Assembly (NCBI GenBank): GCA_030141605.1 | Contig: JAQGDQ010000197.1 | Location: 310,001-374,000 of the forward strand | Reading direction: 5' to 3' | DNA length: 64,000 nt | Origin: Tubiluchus corallicola | Lineage: Eukaryota; Animalia; Priapulida | Shown: piece after piece, positions 1 through 12,792 of the stretch | Layout: every line of letters starts with the position of its first letter | Numbering within the stretch: position 1 is the stretch's first letter | Made by a program: the position numbers and the translations under genes | The notes under the pieces: model-generated | What the model saw: the letters and a program-made list of their open reading frames with translations, nothing else | Databases searched by the model: none | Told to the model about the DNA's origin: nothing

Positions 1-1349
1 TGACTTTTCGACCTGTTTGCCTACTTTGCTCATCTTACTTTGCTCCATCATGGTGTACCTCTATAACAAATGCAACGGTGTTAGTTTGGGTGTTTAATCC
101 TTCGTAACTGAAACGCTGACATCATGTGACAACTAGTGACTAGTATGACCATTTGATTATAACATTACCAACCTAGATCTTAATAACATGCAAACAGGTT
201 GCCCTGCTGTCACGCACACCAGCATTAGCGTGTATTTATCGTCTGCTTGGCCGGAAAATTCGAAACGGAAGCCGAGGCGGAAAGGGCTAGCAATTTGTTA
301 GTAGAGAAATTGCACAAATTGCTAGGGAGTCATCAATACTAGTATTTGTTAGTCTTTCGACTGATGGTAGTTATCATACAGCAAGATAAGTTACCGAAAC
401 TACAACTAATCGCTATTGAATGAGCGACTTTGTATAGGGGCAGTTTTTGGAGCTAATGTTGGTTGCTGTCGAATATTCGTTTCTTGGAATAGCTGAAATA
501 CTCGTTCTAAAGATGCATTCTATTAAAAGAAAAAATATATTCTCATATGACAACTAATAGGTCTACTTACGGCAGATGTGTATTTTTACAGTTATCTAAG
601 AGGTTGTTTGCTTTGATGGAACAGTGTTGTTTAATTTCGACTTCAGGTCAGAATTGTGATGAATCATGCACAGTTGCGTAATACACGGACGAATCACAAG
701 TGAAAAACCTGCAAAAATTCTTCAAGTCTATCAAGGACTTGCCTGCATTTGGTGAACTGAAACAACCAATTTAAGGCCATTTAAACTCAGTAGTGCTCAG
801 CCACTTAGCGAGGCTAACTGTAACTGATTGTGCGGTTTTTTTGTACAACTTCTTTTACAAATTCTTCACAAAAATATATAAATTCGTGCGCGTCTGTTAC
901 GCTAGCGATCAAAATGGCAAAGGTTATATTAATTTTAATTGATAGACAAATTATTCAAAGGAGGGAAAATATATGCGGGCGAAAACATTAACTGAAAGAT
1001 ATCACTTTATTGATTCAAACAGGCATCAGCAACTAAAATGTTTGGGGTTTAACTGGAAGCTCTAGTAGTAATAATATGTTTATTGACAATTGCATGTCTA
1101 AGCAATTATACAAAGTTACAATAGAGTTGCAGGATGACAGTATAAATAAAAGTACATATACATTTCATAGTGGAATTAAAACAGGTCAAAACGTTTTTTA
1201 CAATACTAGTTAGATCTACAGGATTGCTAGTAGCACGCAAGGTTGTAACATTAGTAAAAATTAAGCAGTTTGAATATGCCTATCTGAGACGCGCTGTTTT
1301 TTCGACCGTTTACACAGTGTATGTTTTCCCGTCTAAATCTAACTAGCTT

Positions 1350-2016
1350 GTGTCACACGTACATAGGCGATGTTGTCGGGGAAAATTCTACTCCACCGCA
1401 CTCTTTCGATCATAAGATTGTGCGATGAGATTCTACCTGGCGCTTCAATAAGCAAAATGTCATTGGGTTGTTCCGTTACATTGCTGTCTTCGCAAACGGC
1501 AGCACAATTGGCTGTTGGAGTGCCATAACTTACTGAAACATGATAATTGCCAGTGATTTTTGAGCAATAACACTAATTAATTCTTAATTACAAGAACAGT
1601 AATAATGAATTAAGAAAAATCTACAGATAAAAAGTATGGCAATCTCCTATTCTTAACTTATTCTCGTAATCGTGAGTTTGCAGTGGTCTTCGTCTGCTGG
1701 GCCGCTTTCCCATCTCTCGTTATGGTTCAATAAAAGGAAGTTCTAATACAGTGAGATTATATAAATTACCATAAACTTATGCAATGTGCAAGTAAATACA
1801 GATCTGTAAAGCAATTAGCCATTTGTGTAGCAGAAAAGAAGTTTTATTCATGAAATTGTTGTTACAGCAACCACTTGTCGGTGCATTCAAAAATGGGCTA
1901 GATAAAGTTTGAATCAAGTCATCATTTATCCTCAGTTGACAGTCTTTTTGAATTAGTTTACTGCTGCTACGCCTTCGTGGAGTATAACGATCCTGTTCCG
2001 CAGTGGTCTGAAACAT
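1350..2016 (-). mobile_element. Highly decayed Tc1-like transposase relic
   Basis: Minus-strand translations, switching frames, give in the expected order TTAEQDRY, W....ADE (cf. W..V.FSDE), MFQ*VMAL (cf. FQQDNA) and ILLIEAPGRISSHNLMIERV (cf. LL.WPA.SPDLNPIEHVW). No TIRs found. Confidence 0.35.
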
Positions 2017-2776
2017 TTCATTTAAGAAAACCTAGTTGGATTGTATAGAAAGTTGCCCTTTGTATCAGATTTAGTCAAACTAAGCCCCCACTATAATAAG
2101 CTTTTACAACTTAAAATCACATTCTCATTACGAATATTCAATTCATGCGTTTAAAGTTCGCTAGAAAGGGCAGATTATTTCATTTATGTCTCTTTTCTTT
2201 AATAATAACTATGAATTTTTTGTGTAATCATAATATTGAGTTAAAAAACTTCATTGTCTGTTGGGGTTATAATTATAGGCCCGTTAACTTTGGTGCAGAT
2301 AGGTGTTCAGTTCGCTTTTATGTAAGAAAACTAAAAGCGACTGTATTAGTAAATTACTTCATAAAAATATAGATTTCCTAGTTTTATATTTTGCTGGCCG
2401 CCTTCAGTATTCATCCACATTGGTGCTAAAGGGCGTCCGGAAGAAAACACTTTCCCCAACTAACTTCCAATCCTTAATCCTCATAGAGCCGTTTGTAAAA
2501 TAGACCATTTTCCAAAGAGCTATCAGTTAACCTCTAAGACTTCCACCAAACACTGCTAAGACGTTTCTTTTATAAAATGTCTGTGATTTTTCACTCGCCA
2601 ATCCTAGAGAAACACTGTGTAGTTGCATTGGTGGGGATCTTGGAGGGACGTTTGGAGAACTTTCTCTTTAGAAATAGAAAGCACCGGATCACAAGATTGT
2701 TTAATCTCATTTACAAATACCTCTGCGGGAGTGAAGGGCTGCATATTAGTTTGGAGAACGCTTTTTTGGGACGAGT

Positions 2777-3130
2777 CAGGGCCGGATTATCCTATAGGTT
2801 AGTGTAAGCTCCAGTTTATGGCCCCTCAAATTTTGGTAAAATTTGGTGAAAAATCTGTTTTTAATAGGGTTGTGTTGAAATATGTGCTAATTTGGTTTGC
2901 AATAAATAGCAAAATAGTGATATTTCTTAAAGAATATTTTTACTGGCAAATAAAGGATAGCTATTCTGGTTCATTTATAGAATTTGGTATAAACTATGTA
3001 AATATCGCTAAAATGTATCGCGAGTAAAAATATTCAATACGGGTGCGGGGGGAGTTAGAGGGTGGCTCCTTCTAAGGGATTTTCCTAATTTCATTAGCCT
3101 AGGGCCTCAAAAGATCATGATCCGGCCATG
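2777..3130 (+). mobile_element. hAT-like MITE, copy 1
   Basis: Termini CAGGGCCGGATTAT ... ATGATCCGGCCATG; interior clearly similar to 33825-34202 and 22970-23239. Confidence 0.75.
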
Positions 3131-4159
3131 GGGACAGCCGGATTATGTATCTTGTAGTCTACACTACTTCTGCACATTACAAATTTACACTGGTACCTTA
3201 TTATCATGCATTACCACTGCAGCTTGTGTTGGACAGTAGCTAACCACACAACTTCTCTGCATGATGCAATTATAAGCAGAGAATGTTGCGATTTCCATTA
3301 GCTGGTCAAAAGGTTCCATCATTCGAACTGCCTCTGTCATCTAAGCGAAACTGTTCAAGGACCTATCTAAAACTAGGCCACAGTCCATTCAGTATTATTG
3401 TCTCTTATCTACACATTTAATGTTGTCACTTTATGCACCCTGCTCTCAGGATCCATTATTGATTCATCTCCTCTTGTTTCATCTGAGCAATATGAAATGA
3501 ATTTCGTACCGACACCTTATCGCCAATAATTTACAACAAATGCTTGCGACAATCAATTCATCGTATTCTGTCGTATATATAGTTGCTCGATGATTGTTAG
3601 GTGTTTAGGTATAAATTGGTATGTCACGTTTTCACCTAGATCATTAGGGCTGGTATAAATAATCTATTAATCTGTGTTTGCATCGTACCATTTAACTCAA
3701 ACGTTCATTCAACTGATTCAAACATGTTTCAAATAGTAAAATTATAAAATAGTAAGCGCAGACATTGTTTTTAAGGATAATATGCATTAAAAATTATCAC
3801 CTAGGAAACCCAACTCAATTAATTGCCTGTGTTACACGCTTACAGACAAACAAATTGTTTTATCCTAATTACGTTTGTCAAATTTTAAAGTAAATTATTC
3901 TTATTTCATATTTTCCGCACAGTATTTAGCAGCAGCAACGACAGTATCCTAATGTTTTTGAAATTATCAGAGATAGTTAATCTGTTGTTGAACGTATTCT
4001 AGTTTCAACATGCCTGACATAACGCATTACTTTTACATCTCTAGTCTTTAGGATAATAACATAGGATTAATATCACCGAATGTGGATATTATGTTTCATT
4101 TTGTGGGCAGCCATCCACAGTTAATGCTGTTAATAAAACCAGTGATGCATTCATTATTA

Positions 4160-5345
4160 ACAGAACTTGAATATAGTAAAGCAAGACATGCACTCACGAT
4201 AATACAACTTTAACAATGTAGAATTAAATGTACACTCACAGATAACAAGCTTTAACATAGTAAAAAACAAGTCATGCACTCACAGTTAAAACAACTTGAA
4301 CATAGTAAAATTAGACATGCACTCACAATAACACAGCAACAATGTAAAATTAAATGTACAATGACAGTTAACACAGTTTGAATATAGTGAAACTAGACAT
4401 GCACTCACAATAACACAGCAACAATGTAAAATTAAACGTGACGTGCACTCACAGTTAATACAACTTGAACATAGTAAAGCTAGACATGCTCTGACAATAA
4501 CACAACAAAAATGTAAAATTAAATGTACAATCACAGTTAACACAGTTCGAATATAGTGAAACTAGACATGCACTCACAATAACACAGCAACAATGTAAAA
4601 TTAAACTGCACTCACAGTTAACACAGTTTGAATATAGTAAAACTAGACATGCACTCACAATAACACAACAAAAATGTCAAATTAAATATACACTCACAGT
4701 TAACAAGCTTGAACATAGTAAAAGTAGACATGCACTCACAAGTAATACAACTTAAACAATGTAAAATTAAACGTGCACTCACAGTTAACACAGCTTAAGC
4801 AACGCAAAACTAGACAAAGACTCATAGTTCACACTTCACACAGCTTGAACAATGCAAAACTAGAACATGCACTCACAGTCATAATACAACTTCAACAATG
4901 TAAAACTAGAACGTGCACTCACAGTTAGCACAACGCGAACAATGTGAAATTAGAACGTGCACTCACAGTTAGTACAACTTGCAAAACTAGTACTCACAGT
5001 TAACACAACTTGAACAATGCAAACTAGAACATGCACTCACAGTTAACACAGCTTGAACAATGCAAAACTAAAACGTGCACTCACAGTTAACACAACTTGA
5101 ACAATGCAAAACTAGTACTCACAGTTAACACAACTTGAACAATGCAAACTAGAACATGCACTCACAGTTAACACAGCTTGAACAATGCAAAACTAAAACG
5201 TGCACTCACAGTTAACACAACTTGAACAATGCAAAACTATTTTATGCGCTCACAGTTCATAGGCCTGCTGTAAGAACAATGAAAAAGTTAGACACGACTC
5301 GCACTCACGAATTAAAACAGCTTAAACAATGTAAAACCATACATG
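4160..5345. repeat. Minisatellite array, ~38-44 bp monomer with higher-order repeats
   Basis: Recurrent CACTCACAGTTAACACA(A/G)CTTGAACAATGCAAAACTAG; ~80-bp dimer in the left part; two identical 125-bp trimers at 4981-5105 and 5106-5230. Confidence 0.95.
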
Positions 5346-8300
5346 CGTTCACAGTCAACAGAGATCAGCTTAACTACAGAAATGTGAGAGGTAAAATTGC
5401 TCAATGATAATAAAATGCACGTAAGACCATAAATGAGTTACAAATCTGTTCTAGTCAAGATTTTGCGAGACGCTTGACAATGAATAAAGCTATAACACAT
5501 ATTTTATAGTGTTAGAAATCTGCAGTTACATCTTTTATCTACATTAGACTACTAATAAATGGTGATTTTGATATTAAAATACCAGAAAGGCGCAAGGTTG
5601 TAAAAGGTTGATATAATTAAGTGTAATTCACTCGATTTTGAAAATTAGCAGATTGATATCAAAAGTACAAATGTCAGAAAATGCCCAAATGTTTTATTGA
5701 AAAACTGAGCGGCTCTCACAAGTCACAAAGGCGTTGGGTGTTAGTGTCTTTGTGTCCTGGTATATCTTAGTATTCTTAGAAGTAGCACAGTTCTATGTTT
5801 TCAGACCATAGTAGCCTTGGCATCATTTTGCTCGTGTGGAATTCACTTAGTTACAGACCTTTTAAAGAAAAATTGGCATGATTTTTACACTTCAGAACAC
5901 CAGTGTTACTGCATCATTCATTCAAATTATAATTCATAATGAATATCATTCATTCAAATAGTGCTCGACAACACAAGCCTGGAACAGCCCTCAGTTAAAA
6001 CCCGATTTTTTTACCATAAAAATACGAATCACTACAGTATTTTTGAAAAGCATTGTCACACACAACTGGATTAATTGGGTAGGATTATTCTACAACGAAT
6101 TAAAAAATCTGATACTTAAAAAACACGAAAAAATGAAGGGAAAATACGATCTTTCAAAGCACCACTGTACTTTGTCTTCAGGTGAAAGAAAAATGCTCGT
6201 AAATCACATGAAATTACTAAAGCTAATTTTTTTAGATGGGGGTTGATTTTCATTTACATAACAAACATATAAAATTATCACATTAAAAAGGATACATTTA
6301 TATAGCAAGATATAATAATTAATACTTAACTGGTTTCATGCAGCAAAAGAGATATGGAGCAGAAAATGCAAAACTTGCTTTGCTTTTGAATTTGTTACAA
6401 AACACAAACTGTCATCTTTTATAAAATCAAGCTTGTATGCGCCCTCACTTTATTCTCAGTGTTTGGCTTCTTGTATCGCCCCCACTGTGTGCGCTGCCAT
6501 TTGTGCGAGAACTAAGAGCATCCCGTTGAGTTCTTAAAGCTCTATATTCGCAAAGATCTCCTAGTGAGTGCCTGTTTGGGTCAATTACTGATAATTCATG
6601 GCCAAATGTTGCAAAGACAACTTGCTGTAGCACTTATAATAAAACCTAGTCAACTTAGCACAAAGACAATTTGATGGTAATGGCAATATATGATATCCAG
6701 TTATGAAAAATGTTCATAGGCAGTCACTAAGCACTCATAACAGACTTGTGCTTGATGATAGCCAGCTCATCGCGTTTTTCATCAGTACATGTATCACCTA
6801 ATTATATCTTTGCATTATTTTACGATTTTTAGCTTTTTTCTTCGTATTCACACTACTTACTACCGCAACGTCATTCCTTTCATTGCTCAACTTTTTTATT
6901 CTGCCTCTAGTACTGAACAATACACCATGTATTGCAGTTGTGTTGCGACGGCTGCGTGCATATCAATATGCACGCTTGTGTTAAGGTGAATGTGGATATC
7001 TTACTGTACGTAGGTATTGGAAGCCATACAATAATACCGTCACTACCATTTTGAGTACCACCGTGAATACTAACTGCTAGTAACGCAAAAACGTTTCAAG
7101 TTGTTTGCAGCTGTTTTTGCAAAACATGAAATATGATCATCACCGTCATCATCATCACTATGTTTATTCGAGCTCATTGTATTATAAAAATATGTTGCAC
7201 TGCATTCCGGTGGCAATCCAGTGCAATTTTCTTAAAACGGACAATTTCCTTCCAGGAGAAACCGTACAGGCTCCTATAATATATTCCAGCATCTCTGTGC
7301 CATCCGCGAAAAGAAGATTTATCAGTCAAGATTACTCCATCAGTTGGTCAATGTAGATTAACTAACTTGCATATTGAAAAGATGTACGTGAGTGGTATGT
7401 ACAATTTTGTGATGAACGTATTGAAAAAGGAAGTAGTTTGGCAAGCAGCGACAAAATTTGTCCGGCATATAAATTTTATGAGCTGCAGGTGCTTTTGGGG
7501 GTGTTGAGAAAATGAAAAAGTTTTTCGAGTGACTGATTTGCGTTAATGAAATAATTCAGAGGAACTGGCACAGCAGTTGGCTTTCGCAAGCAGCGTGTCC
7601 CACAGCTCCACAGTGTCAAGTATCGAAGGGGAAAATAGGGAGGTTGAAGCAAGTGCCACCATTCATACAAAATAAAATCCCGTTCTTCCACTTTTCAGCA
7701 TTGACAATAATACAGATAACACTGGCTGGTCTGCCAACTTAAGCTATTGCCCAAGAGTCACTCTGCAGAGCAAGCTGGTTAAATGGGCTGTTTCTAAAAA
7801 TTAAATGCAATGTATGCCAAGATACATTAACAGTATTGCTAAAAACTAGTTGTTCTTAGGACTTTTTTAACACTCTTTGTGGTTCTGTATAAAACATATA
7901 CGCGAAATTAAAGCTTCTGTAAATCAGCGGTTAGGCTGCTGTAGGCCTCAAAGCATTCGTTTACATAAAACTCTAAATTTTAGTCACTGGATTCAAAACT
8001 ACAAACAGATTGAAATGTATCGAATTCGTTCGTATTTACATCCCAGAATATGATGTTTATAGAACAGCTTGCGTTGTTGTTTTTGCTCTTGAGAACAAAG
8101 CATGGTTCACGCTTCACGGGGTTGTTTGGTTCACGTCATATGCTGCATTCTGGAATGTTAACGAACACGCTGTCTTGCGCGTTCTTTTCTCTCAATTTAT
8201 TTCTGAAAAGGGAAACTTAACAGCAGACTTATCTTGTGGCCTTGTTGTTTTGTGCGAGGCTTTTATAAGTTCTTGAAACAGCAAAAGTATCGCGTATAAA

Positions 8301-8689
8301 TTGATTTCGTTTCGAGATGAATTATTCATCAAAGATTAAAACAACATTTCACTGTCGTACTAATGGCCGACACAGACAAACTGTGAAGCTTGACAAATGA
8401 AAACCAAAGTTTTTCCAATTTCGGGTTTTCGGTGAACGCATGCTGCTGGAAAATGCGTAGTAGTATTTTTCATTCACATTATAGTTTATAGAATTGTCTT
8501 CTTCCCTAGTCTGCCTCTTTCTTCTTCCTCCTCCTCTCTCCGGGACCTAGAACACCTGCTAGTTAGTTGTTAAATTTTGAAGAATAACAATTTGCTTAAA
8601 GAAGAAATATTTATGCAGTTTTATGTGATTAAAGTCATGATTTTAATCAAGCTTCAGGCTGAAGCTTCGTTGAGCAAGCAAGTGACCCC

Positions 8690-8708
8690 CTCTCTCTCGC
8701 GCGCGCGA

Positions 8709-8771
<63 letters not shown>
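8690..8771. repeat. (CT)n microsatellite
   Basis: Seen directly. Confidence 0.95.
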
Positions 8772-10371
8772 AATGATTGCTGCATGAACATCGTCAATAT
8801 TAGTACGAATTTAACAGAACTAGAAATTTGGGGTCAAAAAGCGGAAAAACTGGTTTAGCGATAGACGCTGAAGTGCCAAATAATTAAACAATGTCTAGGT
8901 TTGCTATTTAGTCATGCATTGTCATTATTCATAAACTTAAAGCAGTTGTGCTTATAACTGCAGTTTTTTTATTACAGTTTTTAGTTTTTGAACCCGAACT
9001 GACACTCAGATCTTGACGAATGGAAGAAGCTTTTCTAAAGTCTTTTTGCTTTTACCTGTTAATTTCTGCGTTATATATTAAATGAATAAGGTATATTTGT
9101 TATAAGCTATGAGTTGCTTATCGTTTAGCGATTTTATTAATGCGTCAAAGGGGTGTTGCCGACAGAGCAAAGCCTTACATTGTAGCATATACAGGCGACG
9201 TATAGATGACGTAACATGAAGATTTCAGCGAGTGTATGAATTAAGACCGCCAGGTTTGGTAAAAATTCCATTTACGTTACTAAATAAAAATTTCCAGTTT
9301 TTAAAACATGGGGGGAAACCTGCGTTTCAGAACAAAATGAATGCGGTCTCAACCAATGATGATAGGTCAATACAAGAGATCACGTGATTAATCTGATCGG
9401 GTTTCTGTTTTTGAAAACATGCAAAACTTTTAACAAGTTTTTCGAGAAACGTTCATCGGTCAATATTAAAAAAACACAATAGTTATTTGTTATTATGAAG
9501 TCTGTTTTTAGACATTTTCGTTGTACGTATCGGATGCTATGATAAAATGTATTTCATCATTTTGTTTGGCTTCTGTCATACCTCTTTCATTACTCGTTTG
9601 CGCATCAAAATGGACATTTCATGTAAAGCTGATTTTTAAATGTTTCATCAATCTTGATCGAACATTTAATCATGTGGATATTGATTTACTTCCTTTAATG
9701 TAATAAAGTCAAAATCAAAAGGTTGGAAGGCAAATCTCATGCCGTCAACTCGAGATGACTCACCGAGTCATCAATCAACTAAGGTATTAACCACAATGCT
9801 ACCAAACTACGCAACTGTTTCACATTATAACGTGATGTTTTAAAAAGGCTTATTCAGTTAAAACCATCCGCCAAATTCAAGTGGGCAAAATGAGCTTCTC
9901 GGCAGTGTGTTTCGTTCATTCACAAAATGTTCCAGTACATTATTCACATCACACGAACCGGCGCATTTCTTTTCCATTTGAAGAAAAACATGTCGATCTC
10001 TTATCGTCCGCTGTAAGATGCTTTTATTCTTACATGTTTGTTTCTATGGTTTGCCTTTCCTTACTCTAGTCTTACAGAAAAGCTTTGCCAAGTGCAATCT
10101 GACTCAAATCTATAAATGCATTCAATAACGGTCGTTTCCTCATATCGGATTTGTATACCGTGGAGTGCTTTCAGTGAGGTTTACTTTGCGCGCTTGTACG
10201 AGTCAGATTAGAAATAAGACACCGGGATCCAGTTATTGCCATTAACCAGTTTACTTGCACGCCTCTAATACCTACAAAAATTGCGTTTAAGTAAAATGTT
10301 TCATGCAATTATAAAGTTGCATCATTTTGCATCATATGTTTCATTTGCATTAGCCCACTTTTTAGACATTA

Positions 10372-10445
10372 CGTGAAACGTTTAGAGCGATGCAGAAAAG
10401 CAGAAGGTCTTAGGTACGATTCCTAGTGAAGTGCCTGATTTTTCA
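10372..10445 (+). mobile_element. tRNA-derived (SINE-like) head fragment
   Basis: AGAAGGTCTTAGGTACGATTCCTAGTGAAG...TTTTT, a degenerate B-box/T-arm; resembles 12728, 26365 and 52683. Confidence 0.4.
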
Positions 10446-11182
10446 AACTTTCTGTTTTTTTATGTCTTTCATGCTCTTATGTGATGATTAATAAGGATGG
10501 TTCTTCAGGAGAATTTCGATCAACAATTATTCCTAGGATGATTCCTTGGGGGGGGGGGGCTTTACAAGTGAGAGGCCTTACAAGTGGGTCCTCACAGATT
10601 ATATTGCATGGGTTTGAATAAGACTACAACGTTTTGTAAATTTGACTGGAACCAAGAACGTACAATGGCTGAAGAATAAAATTGGATGCTGTCCTGCAAA
10701 CAAAAAAAAACAAAGTATCACTCACATTTATGTAGTTGGATTGTAGAGTTACAGCATAACGTGTGTTGCTCCAGCTTAAACAAAGTAGTTTTGATATTAA
10801 ATACCGGTTTATTTTTAACTATATTATTCGAAATAAACAATGTCTTCCTAACTGTTTTAGCTATTAGCTAAAGAAGACAATCGAAATATGAAATAAAAAT
10901 ATTAAAAAAGAATATAATATATATTACAGACATACATTATAGACATTATTGAAGTTATGAAATTGTTAATTAACTATATGCATAAAATTTCAACAATACG
11001 AGATTTTAAATTAAGAGGTGTGAATTAGTTTTGCTTAGAATTGATGTATTCAACCAGCATTGTTATGTACATGTAGATGTGTTTGTTAATTATTTTTTTC
11101 TTTGATCAGCTACGCTTAAAAAGAGCCCTGTGTTTGTAGAGACGTGTTCCTGTATGCATTGTTTATTTAAGTGCGTGATTTG

Positions 11183-11185
11183 TTA

Positions 11186-11254
<69 letters not shown>
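11183..11254. repeat. (ATT)n microsatellite
   Basis: Seen directly. Confidence 0.95.
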
Positions 11255-11255
<1 letters not shown>

Positions 11256-11836
11256 TTGTGATTAAAAATAAAGCGTTATTTAACAAAATTTCTCTGTTTA
11301 AGCTGAAAGAATATACTTTATACTGTAAAAATTAACTATACTGCAAATATACTGCAAGTTTGTTGAAAGACCAATACTTTAAAAAATAAACCAAGCCTCC
11401 CGGACTGTTTGTGCCGATTCTGGGTTAACATTTAGCAGGTATAATTAGGCACATAAATTATTCATTAGTTGTATTGATTGGCTTTCTAATTAGGTGACGC
11501 TGGGGCGCTTTATTACTATATTACGTGTCTCAACAGTTCTCATGAGCGATTTTATCACACGCCGAAAAATTTCTTGATGGCGACAGTTGAATATTAATTA
11601 TGTCACAATAAAAATAAACGCGCTGCCAATTTCTTTTATTACGAAATAAAACAGGTGGCGGTAGCTATTTCAATTCAACTTTTAATTTCAATCAATTTAC
11701 TCCGCAAAATAAACATACTTTTACATCAGAAAGCACATAAAATCAAATGTGTGGGTGATACATACAAAGTTGAGATTACAAAATTACACACGGCTCTGGA
11801 GAGCTATGAAGCAAGCTTATATTAGGCCACAAAAAC

Positions 11837-11963
11837 TCGTTCATTCAAAGATCAAACACAAACATCTATGTTTCCCTATAACAATATAATATGATAGATT
11901 CCACGTCTGAATTGCAAAGGCGTCACTTTATCGACATTTTATGTTTAATCTTTGAACGAACGA
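11837..11963. repeat. Small inverted-repeat element (MITE-like)
   Basis: TCGTTCATTCAAAGATCAAACACAAA (11837-11862) matches the reverse complement of 11938-11963 at 23/26 positions. Confidence 0.6.
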
Positions 11964-12489
11964 ATACTTTGTATGAAACCTCACTGGAATTTATCTCTAG
12001 TTTGCACACTTTGCTGCTCACCGCGCATAACATAACGCGGTAATTCAGTCTGGTTTATTTAAAATAATGGCTTTAGTAAGGATTGACCGAATTGAATTGA
12101 AATGGCGCCGACGACGAAAACGAAAAACTTGTTTTTAATAAGAATAATGAAAAATTTACACTAATAACCTCAAAACTACCAATCATAAGCTTCTTTCTTG
12201 CACTTCTACTTAAATCAGAGCTCACGTGCATCGTTTATATATATATATATATATATATATTCTTCTGTTAAAGGCTATATCCGTCTTGCATAGGCGGCTC
12301 GCTGAATTGAAGTTGGATTGTTTCCCTTCGAACAAAGTTGAGAGAGACTGACATTGCTGAGCTTCTGTAGCTACACCAAAAAAACGTAATTCTTGTAGTG
12401 AAATAAAAGGCAAAACATTTGTTGAGTGAAAATTGATCTCAATCAAACTACGCATAGAATGACTCCCTGTCAGTTGTGTATAGATGCAG

Positions 12490-12630
12490 TTTATTTTTCC
12501 CGCCAAAAATCTGCGTTATGATGTCATCCCGGCTGCTATAGTAACAACGCCTGCGCATGCGCAGATGGAATTCACGGCAGACGGACGGCGAATTGTTGAT
12601 CCAGCCACTGTCATCTTTGATGTAAGTTGC
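12490..12630 (+). promoter_or_regulatory. Promoter-like motif cluster (E2F-, RFX-, NRF1-like) in a GC-richer patch
   Basis: TTTCCCGCC 12496-12504; GCTATAGTAAC ~12535; perfect palindrome CTGCGCATGCGCAG 12551-12564; GTAAGT at 12622. Confidence 0.35.
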
Positions 12631-12727
12631 AATTATATTTGTGGTAATAACATTATTTTAAGTTTATTTGATAGTAACCTAGAAGAAGTTAAACTAATTT
12701 TATAGGGAAAATTAAATGTGAAAACAG

Positions 12728-12792
12728 ATTTGCATACCTGCCACGAAAACACAAGGTTCTAGGTTCAAGTCCTGGTTGAAGCAACAATTTTT
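12728..12792 (+). mobile_element. tRNA-derived (SINE-like) head fragment
   Basis: AAGGTTCTAGGTTCAAGTCCTGGTTGAAG followed by a T run; B-box-like. Confidence 0.45.

Noticed and set aside
1962-2048. + strand CYAFVEYNDPVPQWSETFHL resembling an RNP1 or C2 motif
   Set aside because: Short, no convincing splice sites or partner exons; overlaps the proposed - strand Tc1 relic.
4160-5345. Array as a CRISPR locus, or its Cys-rich ORFs (4286-4658) as genes
   Set aside because: No unique spacers, eukaryotic context, no cas genes; the ORFs are translations of the satellite.
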